A stretch of DNA of 64,000 nt from an uncultured Ohtaekwangia sp. (GCA_964524935.1 CAZGFJ010000004.1:95463-159462); one strand, 5' to 3'. Shown: positions 8,949 through 17,828, counted from the first letter of the stretch. A program made the numbers and translations. The notes: generated from the sequence alone by a model not told the origin.

Positions 8949-11771
8949 ATGAAAATGTATTTGACGGTTGCCGCCCTGGCAGTCATCTCCTCGGCAGTGG
9001 CACAAAAAAAAGCTGCTCCATCAATCGCGAAAAAACCCCTCACCCACGCGGTGTATGACGGTTGGAAAGAAATCCCGTACAAGCAGCTCACGCCCAATGG
9101 CGAAGTGGCGGCCGTCACGATCAATCCGCAGGAGGGTGATGGTAAAATTGTTTTCTACCATTTGAAAACGAATGCCCAGGATTCCATAAAACGGGCGGCC
9201 GAGATAGCCCTGACCCACGACAGCCGTCACGCCATTTTTAAGATCAAGCCCCCGCTAAAAGTCGTCAAAGACCTGCGCAGGCAGAAAAAGAAAAAAGAAG
9301 ACCTGCCCAAAGACTCGCTTGGTATTTACGCCATTGGCACGCGCAAAACGGAAAAGATACCCAACGTAAAGTCGTACAAAGTGGCGGAGAAGTCCGGTCA
9401 ATGGCTGGCCTATCAACTGGAACCCAAAAAAGAGGCCGCCAAACCCAAGGACGATAAGGCCAACCCCGGGGAAACAAAAAAGCCAGCCAAAAAAGTAAAA
9501 CCCAACAATGACGACAATGGCTACACCCTCGTGTTGCGAAATCTCACCAATCGTCAGGAACAGGTGTTTGGCTATGTGCGCGATTATGTGCTGGCCAAAG
9601 AAGGGCAAGGAGTGTTGTTCTCTACCGCGGGCAACGACAGCACGCTAAAGCCGGGCGTGTATTGGTACGATGGGGCCACGCTGCAAACGCTCTACGAAGG
9701 GAAAAGCAAATTCAAATACAAGGGCCTGTCCGTTTACGAAAAGGGAACAAAAGCCGCCTTTCTGGTGGATAGGGATACCACCAAAGCCCTTGTTCGTCAC
9801 TTCAAACTTTTTTTGTGGAATGCGGGGACTGCGCCAGCCAGTGAGCTGCCGGTGGAAGAGCAGTTGGGCATTCCCATCAACTGGGTCGTGAGCGAACACT
9901 ACACTCCCAACTTTTCCAAAGACGGCAACAAACTCTTTTTTGGTGCGGCCCCCAAGCCCGTGGTGGCCGATACCACGTTACTACCCGAAGAGATCGTGAA
10001 TGTAGAAGTGTGGACGGGCGATGACGACTACATCTATCCTCAACAAAACCGGCAACTGGATAACGAAAAGAAACGCTCCTACCTGATGGCGGTGGACTTG
10101 AACCAAGCAGGGAAAACCGTGTGGCAAGCGGGCAGCCCCGAAACGCCCAACATCGTGTGGGGCGATGAGGGCAACGCTTCGGTGGCATTGGCCGAAACCG
10201 ATGTGAACTACCGGAAGATGATCACCTGGGATACGCAGAACTTCTCGGACGTATATCTGTACGACTTTGCCCGGGGCTTGAAAAAGAAAATCGCCACAAA
10301 GCTCAAAGGGAACGTCTCACTTTCGCCCAAAGCCAACTTTGTTTACTGGTACAGCCTTGCCGACACGGCCTGGTTCAGCTACTCCATCGCACAGGACAAA
10401 ATCGTTTCGCTTACTGCGTCTCTTCCCGTGGCTTTCGCAGACGAAGAAGACGACCACCCCGACTACCCGGGCCCGTACGGCAGTGCCGGATGGACAAAGA
10501 ATGATGAAGCGATTATCGTCTACGATCGCTACGACCTGTGGAAACTGAACCCTCACGGTACCCAGCCCGCGGTGAACCTGACAAAAATTGGACGCACCGA
10601 AAGAATCCGCTTCCGCTACCTACGGCTGGATGCCGAAGAGCGTTTTATCAATCCTGACAAGGAACTTTTGCTCAGCGCCTTTCACGAAACCACCAAACAG
10701 GCGGGCTACTACAAACTCAATTTGAAAGACGGCAAGCTGACGAAGTTGCTGATGAGCGACCACCGCTATTCGTTTACGGCCAAGGCCAAACAAGCCAATC
10801 AGCTTTTGTTCACCCGCGAAAGCTTCCGCGAATACCCGGACGTATGGACCACCGACCTCTCGTTTGTGGCACCCAGGAAACTTACCGAGGCCAACCCCCA
10901 GATGAAAAACTACCTCTGGGGAAGTGTAGAGCGCGTGCGGTGGACATCTTTAGACAACATCCCGCTGGAAGGATTGCTGTACAAGCCGGAAGGCTTTGAC
11001 CCCAAAAAGAAGTATCCGATGATGGTGTATTTCTACGAAAAGTATGCGGATGATGTACACCAACACCATGCCCCCGCCCCCATCCGTTCGTTTATCAACT
11101 TTTCGCTGTATGCCAGCAACGGGTATGTGGTGTTTGTGCCGGATATCGTTTATAAAATCGGCTTCCCGGGCGAAAGTGCGCACAACTGCATCTTGCCCGG
11201 GGTCACCTCGCTGATCGAAAAGGGGTTTGTGGACGAAAAGCGCATCGGCATACAAGGGCATAGCTGGGGCGGCTACCAGACTGCCTATTTGGTTACGCGC
11301 ACCAACCTGTTTGCCGCGGCCGAAGCGGGCGCACCCGTAGTAAACATGATCAGCGCCTATGGGGGCGTGCGGTGGGAGAGCGGCCTGAGCCGGATGTTTC
11401 AATACGAAAAGAGCCAGAGCCGGCTGGGCGGCACGCTGTGGGAAAAGCCCCTGCTGTACATTGAAAACTCCCCCATCTTTTTTGCCGACAAAGTGCAGAC
11501 CCCGTTGCTCATGATGCACAACGATGCCGATGGGGCGGTGCCGTGGTACCAGGGCATCGAGTACTACATGGCCCTGCGCAGGCTGAACAAGCCTGTGTGG
11601 ATGCTAAACTACAATGGCCAGGGCCACGGGCTTACGCAGCGGCAAGACCGCACCGACTTTGCCATACGGATGATGCAGTTTTTCGACCATTACCTCAAGG
11701 GCGCCCCCCTGCCGGCCTGGATGAAAGAGGGCGTGCCCGCCATTGAAAAGGGGATCACCAAGGGGTATTAA
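8949..11771 (+). CDS. S9 family (prolyl oligopeptidase / acylaminoacyl-peptidase-like) serine peptidase
   Basis: ATG 8949 gives the signal peptide MKMYLTVAALAVISSAVAQ. C-terminal catalytic domain with 'IGIQGHSWGGYQTAY' (GxSxGG), 'HNDADGAV' and 'GQGHGL'. Confidence 0.85.
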   Translation: MKMYLTVAALAVISSAVAQKKAAPSIAKKPLTHAVYDGWKEIPYKQLTPNGEVAAVTINPQEGDGKIVFYHLKTNAQDSIKRAAEIALTHDSRHAIFKIKPPLKVVKDLRRQKKKKEDLPKDSLGIYAIGTRKTEKIPNVKSYKVAEKSGQWLAYQLEPKKEAAKPKDDKANPGETKKPAKKVKPNNDDNGYTLVLRNLTNRQEQVFGYVRDYVLAKEGQGVLFSTAGNDSTLKPGVYWYDGATLQTLYEGKSKFKYKGLSVYEKGTKAAFLVDRDTTKALVRHFKLFLWNAGTAPASELPVEEQLGIPINWVVSEHYTPNFSKDGNKLFFGAAPKPVVADTTLLPEEIVNVEVWTGDDDYIYPQQNRQLDNEKKRSYLMAVDLNQAGKTVWQAGSPETPNIVWGDEGNASVALAETDVNYRKMITWDTQNFSDVYLYDFARGLKKKIATKLKGNVSLSPKANFVYWYSLADTAWFSYSIAQDKIVSLTASLPVAFADEEDDHPDYPGPYGSAGWTKNDEAIIVYDRYDLWKLNPHGTQPAVNLTKIGRTERIRFRYLRLDAEERFINPDKELLLSAFHETTKQAGYYKLNLKDGKLTKLLMSDHRYSFTAKAKQANQLLFTRESFREYPDVWTTDLSFVAPRKLTEANPQMKNYLWGSVERVRWTSLDNIPLEGLLYKPEGFDPKKKYPMMVYFYEKYADDVHQHHAPAPIRSFINFSLYASNGYVVFVPDIVYKIGFPGESAHNCILPGVTSLIEKGFVDEKRIGIQGHSWGGYQTAYLVTRTNLFAAAEAGAPVVNMISAYGGVRWESGLSRMFQYEKSQSRLGGTLWEKPLLYIENSPIFFADKVQTPLLMMHNDADGAVPWYQGIEYYMALRRLNKPVWMLNYNGQGHGLTQRQDRTDFAIRMMQFFDHYLKGAPLPAWMKEGVPAIEKGITKGY

Positions 11772-11914
11772 GCCGCGTAACAAGCAAGCAAATTCCACAT
11801 AAGGCCGTGGCCCTGCCGGTTCCACGGCATTCTTACCTGGATAGCCGTTGTGCGGATATCTGCGTACATTCGCTGGATATACGAACGTAGTTCGTATATA
11901 TGGGAGTTAGCGGC
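11772..11914 (+). repeat. possible leftmost attC-like / junction site of the cassette array
   Basis: GCCGCGTAAC lies directly after the peptidase stop codon, and GTTAGCGGC lies at 11906-11914 (complementary apart from 1 extra base). Internal hairpins are gccgtgg…ccacggc and the palindrome at 11877-11899. Confidence 0.3.
11877..11899. repeat. perfect palindrome ATATACGAAC-GTA-GTTCGTATAT
   Basis: 10-bp arms and a 3-nt centre, read directly. Lies 6 nt upstream of GTTAGCGGC at the GC-rich/AT-rich boundary. Confidence 0.6.
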
Positions 11915-11931
11915 AACCGCGCAGGACAACA

Positions 11932-12450
11932 ATGACAACAATGATAAAACGACATTTGACAATATTGACATTGTTAATTTGTACATCTGTAACGGGACAA
12001 ACAATAGTTGGGGTCTGGACTGCAACTTCTGTAAGACTTGACGGTTCAGCAGACTCAAGACAGCTCCAAACAAAGGAAGATAAAGTTCGATTTACCTTTG
12101 ACAAAGACGGTTCCTATGTAAAGTCCTTTTATGTACCAAAAGACATGGATTCCAGACCTTTATATGCCGACTTTGAAATTAGGGATGGCCGCATCGAAAA
12201 AAGAGAATTTCTTGACAAAAACGGTTATAAACAGAAAATGATTGTTGTTTCAGAGAAAGTTGAAAAGGGAGAATATCATATTAACGTAACAAACGACACT
12301 ATCACATTTAAGTCAGTTCAATCACATGTTAAGAGCGGACTTAGTCTTGAGACATCAAGTATGTTAATCATTGAGACCGTTGACAATAGACCAATTTATA
12401 TTACTCTGCTGCCTGACAAGAAGAAAATAGGAAAGCGCGGCAGCCGCTAA
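11932..12450 (+). CDS. hypothetical secreted protein (cassette ORF)
   Basis: AT-rich ORF with the signal peptide (M)IKRHLTILTLLICTSVTGQ. Its TAA stop lies inside the attC-like core GCCGCTAAC. Confidence 0.6.
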   Translation: MTTMIKRHLTILTLLICTSVTGQTIVGVWTATSVRLDGSADSRQLQTKEDKVRFTFDKDGSYVKSFYVPKDMDSRPLYADFEIRDGRIEKREFLDKNGYKQKMIVVSEKVEKGEYHINVTNDTITFKSVQSHVKSGLSLETSSMLIIETVDNRPIYITLLPDKKKIGKRGSR

Positions 12451-12575
12451 CACCGGGTTTGTTTAATGGCGGGCGACACAGTCGCCCGTAGTGTCAGCAA
12501 GTTTATTTATATTCGTGTAGGCGGACAAATCCTCCGGATTTATCCGCCACTAAACAAACCCAAAACGTTGGCGGC
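12443..12575 (+). repeat. attC-like recombination site (133 bp)
   Basis: The 5' arm gccgcTaac-acc-gggtttgtttaAtggcgg pairs with the 3' arm ccgccActaaacaaaccc-aaaac-gttGgcggc. R boxes match 8/9 and L boxes 17/18, with unpaired spacers and extra inner hairpins. Confidence 0.6.
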
Positions 12576-12622
12576 AATGCTTCAGGACGGTTTGGACACA
12601 CTTGACATAAACAACTATAGAT

Positions 12623-13273
12623 ATGGCAAAAGAACTTCCTCCTTACGTAAACTCGACCGGACTACTTCAGGAACTCTTTAAAAAGATTCAAGAAGCCCCA
12701 CCACCAAGTAGGTTTAGCGGTGACTTTTTATTTACCAATTTGAAGTTTAAGAAATCTGGGAGTACGATTCCGTTTATTCCTTTTTTAAAACGGATTGGTT
12801 TCTTATCCACGGACGGTTCACCGACAGAGATATATAAAAAATTTAGAAACCCGGACACGAAGGTTTCCGGACAAGCAATGGCCCAAGCATTTAGGGTGGC
12901 TTATGCGGACTTATACAGTAGGAACGAATATTGGCATTCTAAATCCACTGAGGACTTAAAGAATTTTCTTGTTGAAGTTTTAGAAGTAGAAAAGAGTAAT
13001 CCCACTTTGACAGTCTTAATTAGAACTATCGAGACTTTAAAGAAGCTAGCAAATTTTGAAGCCTCGGTGGACACAGAGGAAGAAGAGGAAGAAGAACCTG
13101 AAACTGAAAAACAAAATAATTCGAATAACAGCGACCAAGCCAAACCAAAACATTCTGACTTGGCTGGAATTAATTTGTCTTATACAATTAATCTTAATTT
13201 ACCCGAAACTTCAGACGGCAAAGTATTCGATGCTATATTCAAGAGTTTAAAAGAAAATCTCCTTAAGAAATGA
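12623..13273 (+). CDS. DUF5343-like protein (N-terminal domain, acidic linker, short C-terminal tail)
   Basis: 216 aa. 'PPYVNSTGLLQELFKKIQEAPPPSRFSGDFL…IPFLKRIGFLSTDGSPTEIYKKFRN' is recognised as DUF5343-like. Followed by an EEEEEEEPETEKQNNSNNSD linker and an 'INLSYTINLNLPETSDGKVFDAIFKSLKENL' tail. Confidence 0.65.
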   Translation: MAKELPPYVNSTGLLQELFKKIQEAPPPSRFSGDFLFTNLKFKKSGSTIPFIPFLKRIGFLSTDGSPTEIYKKFRNPDTKVSGQAMAQAFRVAYADLYSRNEYWHSKSTEDLKNFLVEVLEVEKSNPTLTVLIRTIETLKKLANFEASVDTEEEEEEEPETEKQNNSNNSDQAKPKHSDLAGINLSYTINLNLPETSDGKVFDAIFKSLKENLLKK

Positions 13274-13854
13274 ATTTTTCAAATAACGAAAATGTCGTCA
13301 AGCTTTTTGGTATAACAAACCAATTTGCTGAGTTCGATTTGGACAGGGTTGAGAAACAATATCAAATTGACTTGGGACGTAAAAAAAATAAAGTCGAGAA
13401 GGATAATATTTATTACCCTCAGTTTGAATTGGAAGTTCGAAAGGAGGCCAAAAATATGGCCAAACACTATGAGATATTTTATTGCCTCGAGAAATCCATA
13501 CGCGATTTAATCTCTACGACTTTAGAAGCGACTGGCGAAGATTGGTGGGACAATAAAGCACCACAAGTTGTTAAAGATGAAGTTAGGAAAAGAATTCAGA
13601 GAGAAAGGGATTCTGGTGTAACCGTTCGGTCAGACGAGCCAATTGACTTTACGACATTTGGAGAACTAGGAGAGATAATTAAATCCAATTGGACAATTTT
13701 TCAAACAATATTCAATAGCATTAAAGCAGTTGAGAATGTTATGAATCAATTGAATACTCTTAGAGGACCAATTGCTCACTGCTCAAAATTAGCAGAGGAC
13801 GAAGAATTAAGATTGCAGATAACAGTTCGCGCTTGGTTTAGACTCATGGAATAA
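13270..13854 (+). CDS. Swt1-like HEPN domain protein (putative RNase, Rx4H motif)
   Basis: 194 aa with an ATGA overlap to the upstream ORF. 'FYCLEKSIRDLISTTLEATGEDWWD' plus the C-terminal 'LNTLRGPIAHCSKL' (R165…H170, nt 13762-13779) form a HEPN Rx4H motif. Confidence 0.7.
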   Translation: MNFSNNENVVKLFGITNQFAEFDLDRVEKQYQIDLGRKKNKVEKDNIYYPQFELEVRKEAKNMAKHYEIFYCLEKSIRDLISTTLEATGEDWWDNKAPQVVKDEVRKRIQRERDSGVTVRSDEPIDFTTFGELGEIIKSNWTIFQTIFNSIKAVENVMNQLNTLRGPIAHCSKLAEDEELRLQITVRAWFRLME

Positions 13855-13872
13855 GACCGGTGAAGAAGCACA

Positions 13873-14067
13873 GCCGCCAACAAAATGTTTATGCAATGCG
13901 GGCGTTCGGTGTTAAATTAAAGTTTATGTTTCATAATGTAGTTCGGTAACGGGGGACAGTTTGGAGCAGGTCGGGCTTAACACCTGCCTGCCGGCAAAGG
14001 CAGGTTCCGCTGCGCTTCATTTTTAAGCCCTCCTATTCCCCGCACTGCATAAACACAGACGTTAACG
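13873..14067 (+). repeat. attC-like recombination site (long, about 195 bp)
   Basis: The 5' core GCCGCCAAC is the exact complement of the previous site's GTTGGCGGC. L boxes tgtttatgcaAtgcggg / ccccgcActgcataaaca match 16/17. The 3' core is GTTAACG. The interior folds into a long imperfect stem (gggcttaa/ttaagccc, acctgcct/aggcaggt). Confidence 0.55.
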
Positions 14068-14140
14068 TTTATGCCTGCGGACTCCCAAAATAATTTGGAG
14101 TATATCTAAAAAGTATATACCTTTGGACAACGGTAATAGT

Positions 14141-14371
14141 ATGAAAAATCTATCATTAAAGCTGGAAGACGATATTTTTCAGGAGACTGAAAGAATCGTG
14201 ACAAAGGTTAAAAAAAGCCGCAATAGATATATAAACGAGGCTATTGAATTCTATAACAGACTTCATAAGCGGAGACTTCTTTCAAAGCAGTTGAGTAAGG
14301 AATCAAAAATGGTTTCCAAAGACTCATTGGAAATATTGGCAGAGTTTGAAAAACTGCACGATGAGGATTAA
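14141..14371 (+). CDS. ribbon-helix-helix (CopG-like) antitoxin
   Basis: 'MKNLSLKLEDDIFQETERIV…RNRYINEAIEFY' is an RHH N-terminus. Overlaps the mazF-like start. Confidence 0.75.
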   Translation: MKNLSLKLEDDIFQETERIVTKVKKSRNRYINEAIEFYNRLHKRRLLSKQLSKESKMVSKDSLEILAEFEKLHDED

Positions 14372-14705
14372 GCAATTTGAGATTTGGATTGCTGACTTAA
14401 ATCCAAGAATCGGAACAGAGACAGGAAAAATAAGACCTGTTATTGTTATTCAGACTGACTTACTAAATAAGGAACACCCATCGACTATTGTTTGCCCAAT
14501 AACGACAAACGTAAAACCTAACTCGGAGATATTGAGAGTTCATCTTAAAAAACGAAAATTTGGACTCAAGGAGGACTGTGACATAATGATTGATCAAATC
14601 AGAGCAATTGACAACAAACGACTTGTTAAAAAAGTCGGAGTTGTTGATAGCGACACAGCTGAAAAGATTGGAGAGAACTTAAAAATAGTTTTGGGCCTGG
14701 ACTAA
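14361..14705 (+). CDS. mazF: type II toxin, MazF/PemK family endoribonuclease
   Basis: 'FEIWIADLNPRIGTETGKIRPVIVIQTD…STIVCPITT…IMIDQIRAIDNKRL' is the canonical MazF/PemK signature. Confidence 0.85.
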   Translation: MRIKQFEIWIADLNPRIGTETGKIRPVIVIQTDLLNKEHPSTIVCPITTNVKPNSEILRVHLKKRKFGLKEDCDIMIDQIRAIDNKRLVKKVGVVDSDTAEKIGENLKIVLGLD

Positions 14706-14712
14706 TCGGCAC

Positions 14713-14990
14713 AAACGCCAACAGCGGTAGCTGTTGCACAACTATTGGTTTGAAAAAAAACGGAAAATTGGCGCCTGATTGCGCATACCTCTGTTGATAA
14801 CTCAGCGAGTGGAAGGATCTTCTGATTTTTTCGTCAATTCCAAACATAAAGGGTCACCCCAAACCAGCTTGCGGCTTGCTAATGCGCTTTTAGGATTCGC
14901 ATATAAGGGACTTATACCCCTCGGACAATCAAACTAAATTCCCGACTGGAAAGTAGTTGTGCCATACTGGGCACGCACAAAGTGTTTATC
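14713..14990 (+). repeat. degenerate or long attC-like site
   Basis: The 5' core AAACGCCAAC matches the complement of the previous GTTAACGTTT at 8/10. gcacaactat (14735-14744) pairs with gtagttgtgc (14954-14963) at 9/10. The 3' half is homologous to the island-1 site and ends in GTTTATC. The length is atypical. Confidence 0.3.
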
Positions 14991-15219
14991 CCAGCTGCGG
15001 GGGAAGTGCAAGTATGAAGTTTAGTTTTTATATTTCGTTTCGGCACGTGGGACAAGACGCGGCTTCGAAATCCGCAGCCGTCATAAATACGGGTCATTAT
15101 GCACAATGCCGAGGGACAGCGCAGTGGCAACCCGCATGGCCACGTGCATTGGCACATTTGCTTGCCGCTCAAATCCACCGTGAACCCAAAGCTACGGCAA
15201 GAGCCAAGTCTTTCCCGCT

Positions 15220-15987
15220 TCAAAACAAGCTTTTAAACGACTGCTCATTCTGAATAGTAATCATCATTTCTTCCACCGTTTTAACTACATGCTGATGAAC
15301 AAAATTACCGCTGCTAATACGCTTCACGCCTAATTTTTGCAGTTCTCCAAACGCGGGTAACTGCGGCATGCACATCACATTGATGGGCAATTTAGTAGAG
15401 ATCACTACCGCTTTGATGTCTTCCGGGTTAACAACGCAGGGCACAAAAATGCCATGTACTCCGGTGGTCTGATATTCTTGTATTCGTTGAATCGTTTCGG
15501 ATAGTGCATTCGGTAAGCCTTGTATAAATCCATCGGTTCGCACATTGATGAATAGCTTGATGTTCTTTCTTTGCAAGTGGCCAGCGATTTCTTCCAATGC
15601 CTTTCGGAAACTATCCAGTTCTTGAAGTGCACGCGGGTTTCCCGGCAACGAGTCTTCAATGTTGATGCCTACCACACCCACATCATGCAATCGCTCAATA
15701 TTCTGGCAAATGCCTTCAACGGTTCGACTAAATCCGCCTTCAATATCCACAGACAGTGGCAGATGGGTTACTTGATTAACACGTTTCGCAAGTTGAATCA
15801 GCAACTCAAATGGAAGCTGCTCACCATCCTCATACCCAAACGAATTAGCTACAGCCGCGCTGGAAGTAGCAATGGCCCTGTAACCGGCTCTCTCTACCAA
15901 CTGGGCACTTTTCACATCCCAAATATTCCCGATTAACAAGGGTTGTGATTGTTGATGCAGATTAAGGAAGTCTTCAAATGATTTCAT
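15220..15987 (-). CDS. isocitrate lyase / PEP mutase family protein
   Basis: 255 aa. 'LLIGNIWDVKSAQLVERAGYRAIATSSAAVA…LPLSVDIEGGF…GVVGINIEDS' matches the ICL/PEPM family. Confidence 0.8.
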   Translation of the reverse strand: MKSFEDFLNLHQQSQPLLIGNIWDVKSAQLVERAGYRAIATSSAAVANSFGYEDGEQLPFELLIQLAKRVNQVTHLPLSVDIEGGFSRTVEGICQNIERLHDVGVVGINIEDSLPGNPRALQELDSFRKALEEIAGHLQRKNIKLFINVRTDGFIQGLPNALSETIQRIQEYQTTGVHGIFVPCVVNPEDIKAVVISTKLPINVMCMPQLPAFGELQKLGVKRISSGNFVHQHVVKTVEEMMITIQNEQSFKSLF

Positions 15988-16120
15988 GGTTTTTATCTGT
16001 TACATCAGTTTCTTAATAAAGACACCCAGGCTTCGGTAGTTAATTTCAAAATCTCTTTTCCCAGACGAAATCTCAGCTAACACACCGGCTTGCCAACGGT
16101 TGCGTAAGTTAACCCCAAAC

Positions 16121-16615
16121 TTAAAAGCGTTCAAGCGTAAAGTCATTTTGCGACCCATACATCGTGACGTTTACTTCATTCTGAAGTAGTAAGCGAATCC
16201 CTTTCGAAATTGCCGGTTGCCAAGCCACAAAAACGAAGTGGTCGTGAAAGTTGTTCCTACTGATTTCTTTTGTGAGGTAGATATAAATAAACCAATCGCG
16301 GCTACCACAAATGTACTGAAACCCCAATGCGCTGTAAAGCCGCTGCGAGGTATAAACACTATTTGATGTTATACCTATACCGCTTTTAAAAGCGTACGCA
16401 ACGCTATTGAACGAATATAAAGCGGTGGTTTTATCATAAAAACCCGAAGCGAGGTTTCGCGAAAGCACCGGCCAACGCTTGAGTGAGTCCAGCGAAGTGC
16501 TGTGTATCACATCAATGCCTGTTCGCGCTGAACCTGCATTGACCTCGTATGTGGTTTGAGCAACGCAACATAAGCTCATAAAAAGAAAAAATACTGTGTT
16601 CCCAGAGTGTGACAT
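16121..16615 (-). CDS. putative outer-membrane beta-barrel-like protein (possibly frameshifted)
   Basis: ATG 16615 gives the signal peptide MSHSGNTVFFLFMSLCCVAQ and an alternating-hydrophobic beta-strand pattern. A 45-codon continuation exists in another frame down to about 16004. Confidence 0.45.
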   Translation of the reverse strand: MSHSGNTVFFLFMSLCCVAQTTYEVNAGSARTGIDVIHSTSLDSLKRWPVLSRNLASGFYDKTTALYSFNSVAYAFKSGIGITSNSVYTSQRLYSALGFQYICGSRDWFIYIYLTKEISRNNFHDHFVFVAWQPAISKGIRLLLQNEVNVTMYGSQNDFTLERF

Positions 16616-16701
16616 GACTATTTTCAGGCAAATAAAAAGCAATATCTTTGATGCCAGAAATACCATCTTTGACCACTTTTGATAACTATTGAGTATCAAT
16701 T

Positions 16702-17562
16702 ATGGAACTACGACATTTGCGCTACTTCAAACTCTTGGCTGAAGAACTTCATTTTCGGAAAGCCTCCGATAAACTTCATATCGCGCAACCTGCTTTGAGC
16801 CGACAGGTGAAAGAACTGGAGAAAGAACTCGGAGTAACGCTATTTGAACGAAACAGACGAAAGGTTGCACTATCGCCAATGGGCAAGCATCTGTACAACA
16901 AAACAATTGTCATCTTTAGATTAGTTGAGGAGACAAGGAAAGAGCTGAAGGAATTGGAGACGATGGAAGTGGGGAAATTGCGTGTTGGCTACGTTGCCTC
17001 GGCTTTGTACTCGGCTCTGCCCAGGTTCCTGGCTAGTCTGAAAAAAAATAAACCACGTCTGCAAGTATCTATTTGTGAAATGTCAACATCTGACCAAATT
17101 GAAAGTCTTCGAAATGGTTCGCTGGAGGTGGGCTTCGTACGCGGCCCTGTCAACAGCAAAGACCTCACGCAGACAATTGTTTACAAAGAAGACTTTGCCT
17201 TATTCCTTCCGGCCAATCATCCATTAGCGAAGAAGCGCCTTACCGACTTGCGCGTTTTACGAGATGAACCGTTTGTTTTCTTCCCTCGCCATTACAATCC
17301 GAGCTACTTCGATAAAACCATAAGTCTTTGCGAGCATGCAGGATTTTCGCCAAACATTCAGTATGAAGGCTTGGGCAGTAACACTCTGTTGCAAATGGTT
17401 GGCAGTGGACTCGGTGTTACGATTCTTCCTCACAGCCTGAAAAGTTCAATTAGCAAGGAAGTGAAATCATTTCCGCTGACATGGATTAGAGAAAAAGCTG
17501 AACTGGTAATGGTTACACAAGCAACCTTTGCTGAAAATAAAATATTTGACTTCAACGTATAG
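16702..17562 (+). CDS. LysR family transcriptional regulator
   Basis: 'MELRHLRYFKLLAEELHFRKASDKLHIAQPALSRQVKELEKELGVTLFER' is a LysR HTH. Divergent from the 16121-16615 and 15220-15987 genes. Confidence 0.85.
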   Translation: MELRHLRYFKLLAEELHFRKASDKLHIAQPALSRQVKELEKELGVTLFERNRRKVALSPMGKHLYNKTIVIFRLVEETRKELKELETMEVGKLRVGYVASALYSALPRFLASLKKNKPRLQVSICEMSTSDQIESLRNGSLEVGFVRGPVNSKDLTQTIVYKEDFALFLPANHPLAKKRLTDLRVLRDEPFVFFPRHYNPSYFDKTISLCEHAGFSPNIQYEGLGSNTLLQMVGSGLGVTILPHSLKSSISKEVKSFPLTWIREKAELVMVTQATFAENKIFDFNV

Positions 17563-17828
17563 TTGGTTTCATGTGACCGCACACACATTGGCAGGCCTCA
17601 CATCCGACCCGCATCCAAAGCCAACCAAAGAATGTGCTCAGTATAGTGTAGATAGAGAAAGTTGTCAGTGAACAATGCCACACCACAAGACTGACTAAAA
17701 AAGAGTTGTATAAATTAACGGGTGACAGGAATGCAGGCCACAAATGACGTGTGGACTTGGGCCCCACAGCTACCATCAGCATGTTTCTGCAATGATGCCG
17801 TGAAGAGTTGGTATAACGTTTTATCTTC

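Noticed and set aside
9270-9520. Lys-rich low-complexity stretch (…RRQKKKKEDLPKD…KKEAAKPKDDKANPGETKKPAKKVKPNNDD…)
   Set aside because: It is an in-frame disordered insert within the S9 peptidase N-terminal region. It is not a separate feature or mobile insertion, and there is no compositional break at the DNA level.
12466-12681. 71-aa ORF between cassette genes
   Set aside because: It lies on the hairpin arms of the attC-like site, runs into the DUF5343-like gene, and has no ribosome-binding context.
13075-13100. GAA/GAG-rich run (gaggaagaagaggaagaagaa) that looks like a tandem repeat
   Set aside because: It is in frame within the DUF5343-like ORF and encodes the poly-Glu linker. It is not a CRISPR array or microsatellite locus.
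14912-15253. Overlapping ORFs of 98 aa (+) and 103 aa (-)
   Set aside because: Both are Cys/Trp/Arg-rich, mutually overlapping and located on a repeated non-coding element. They are treated as non-coding.
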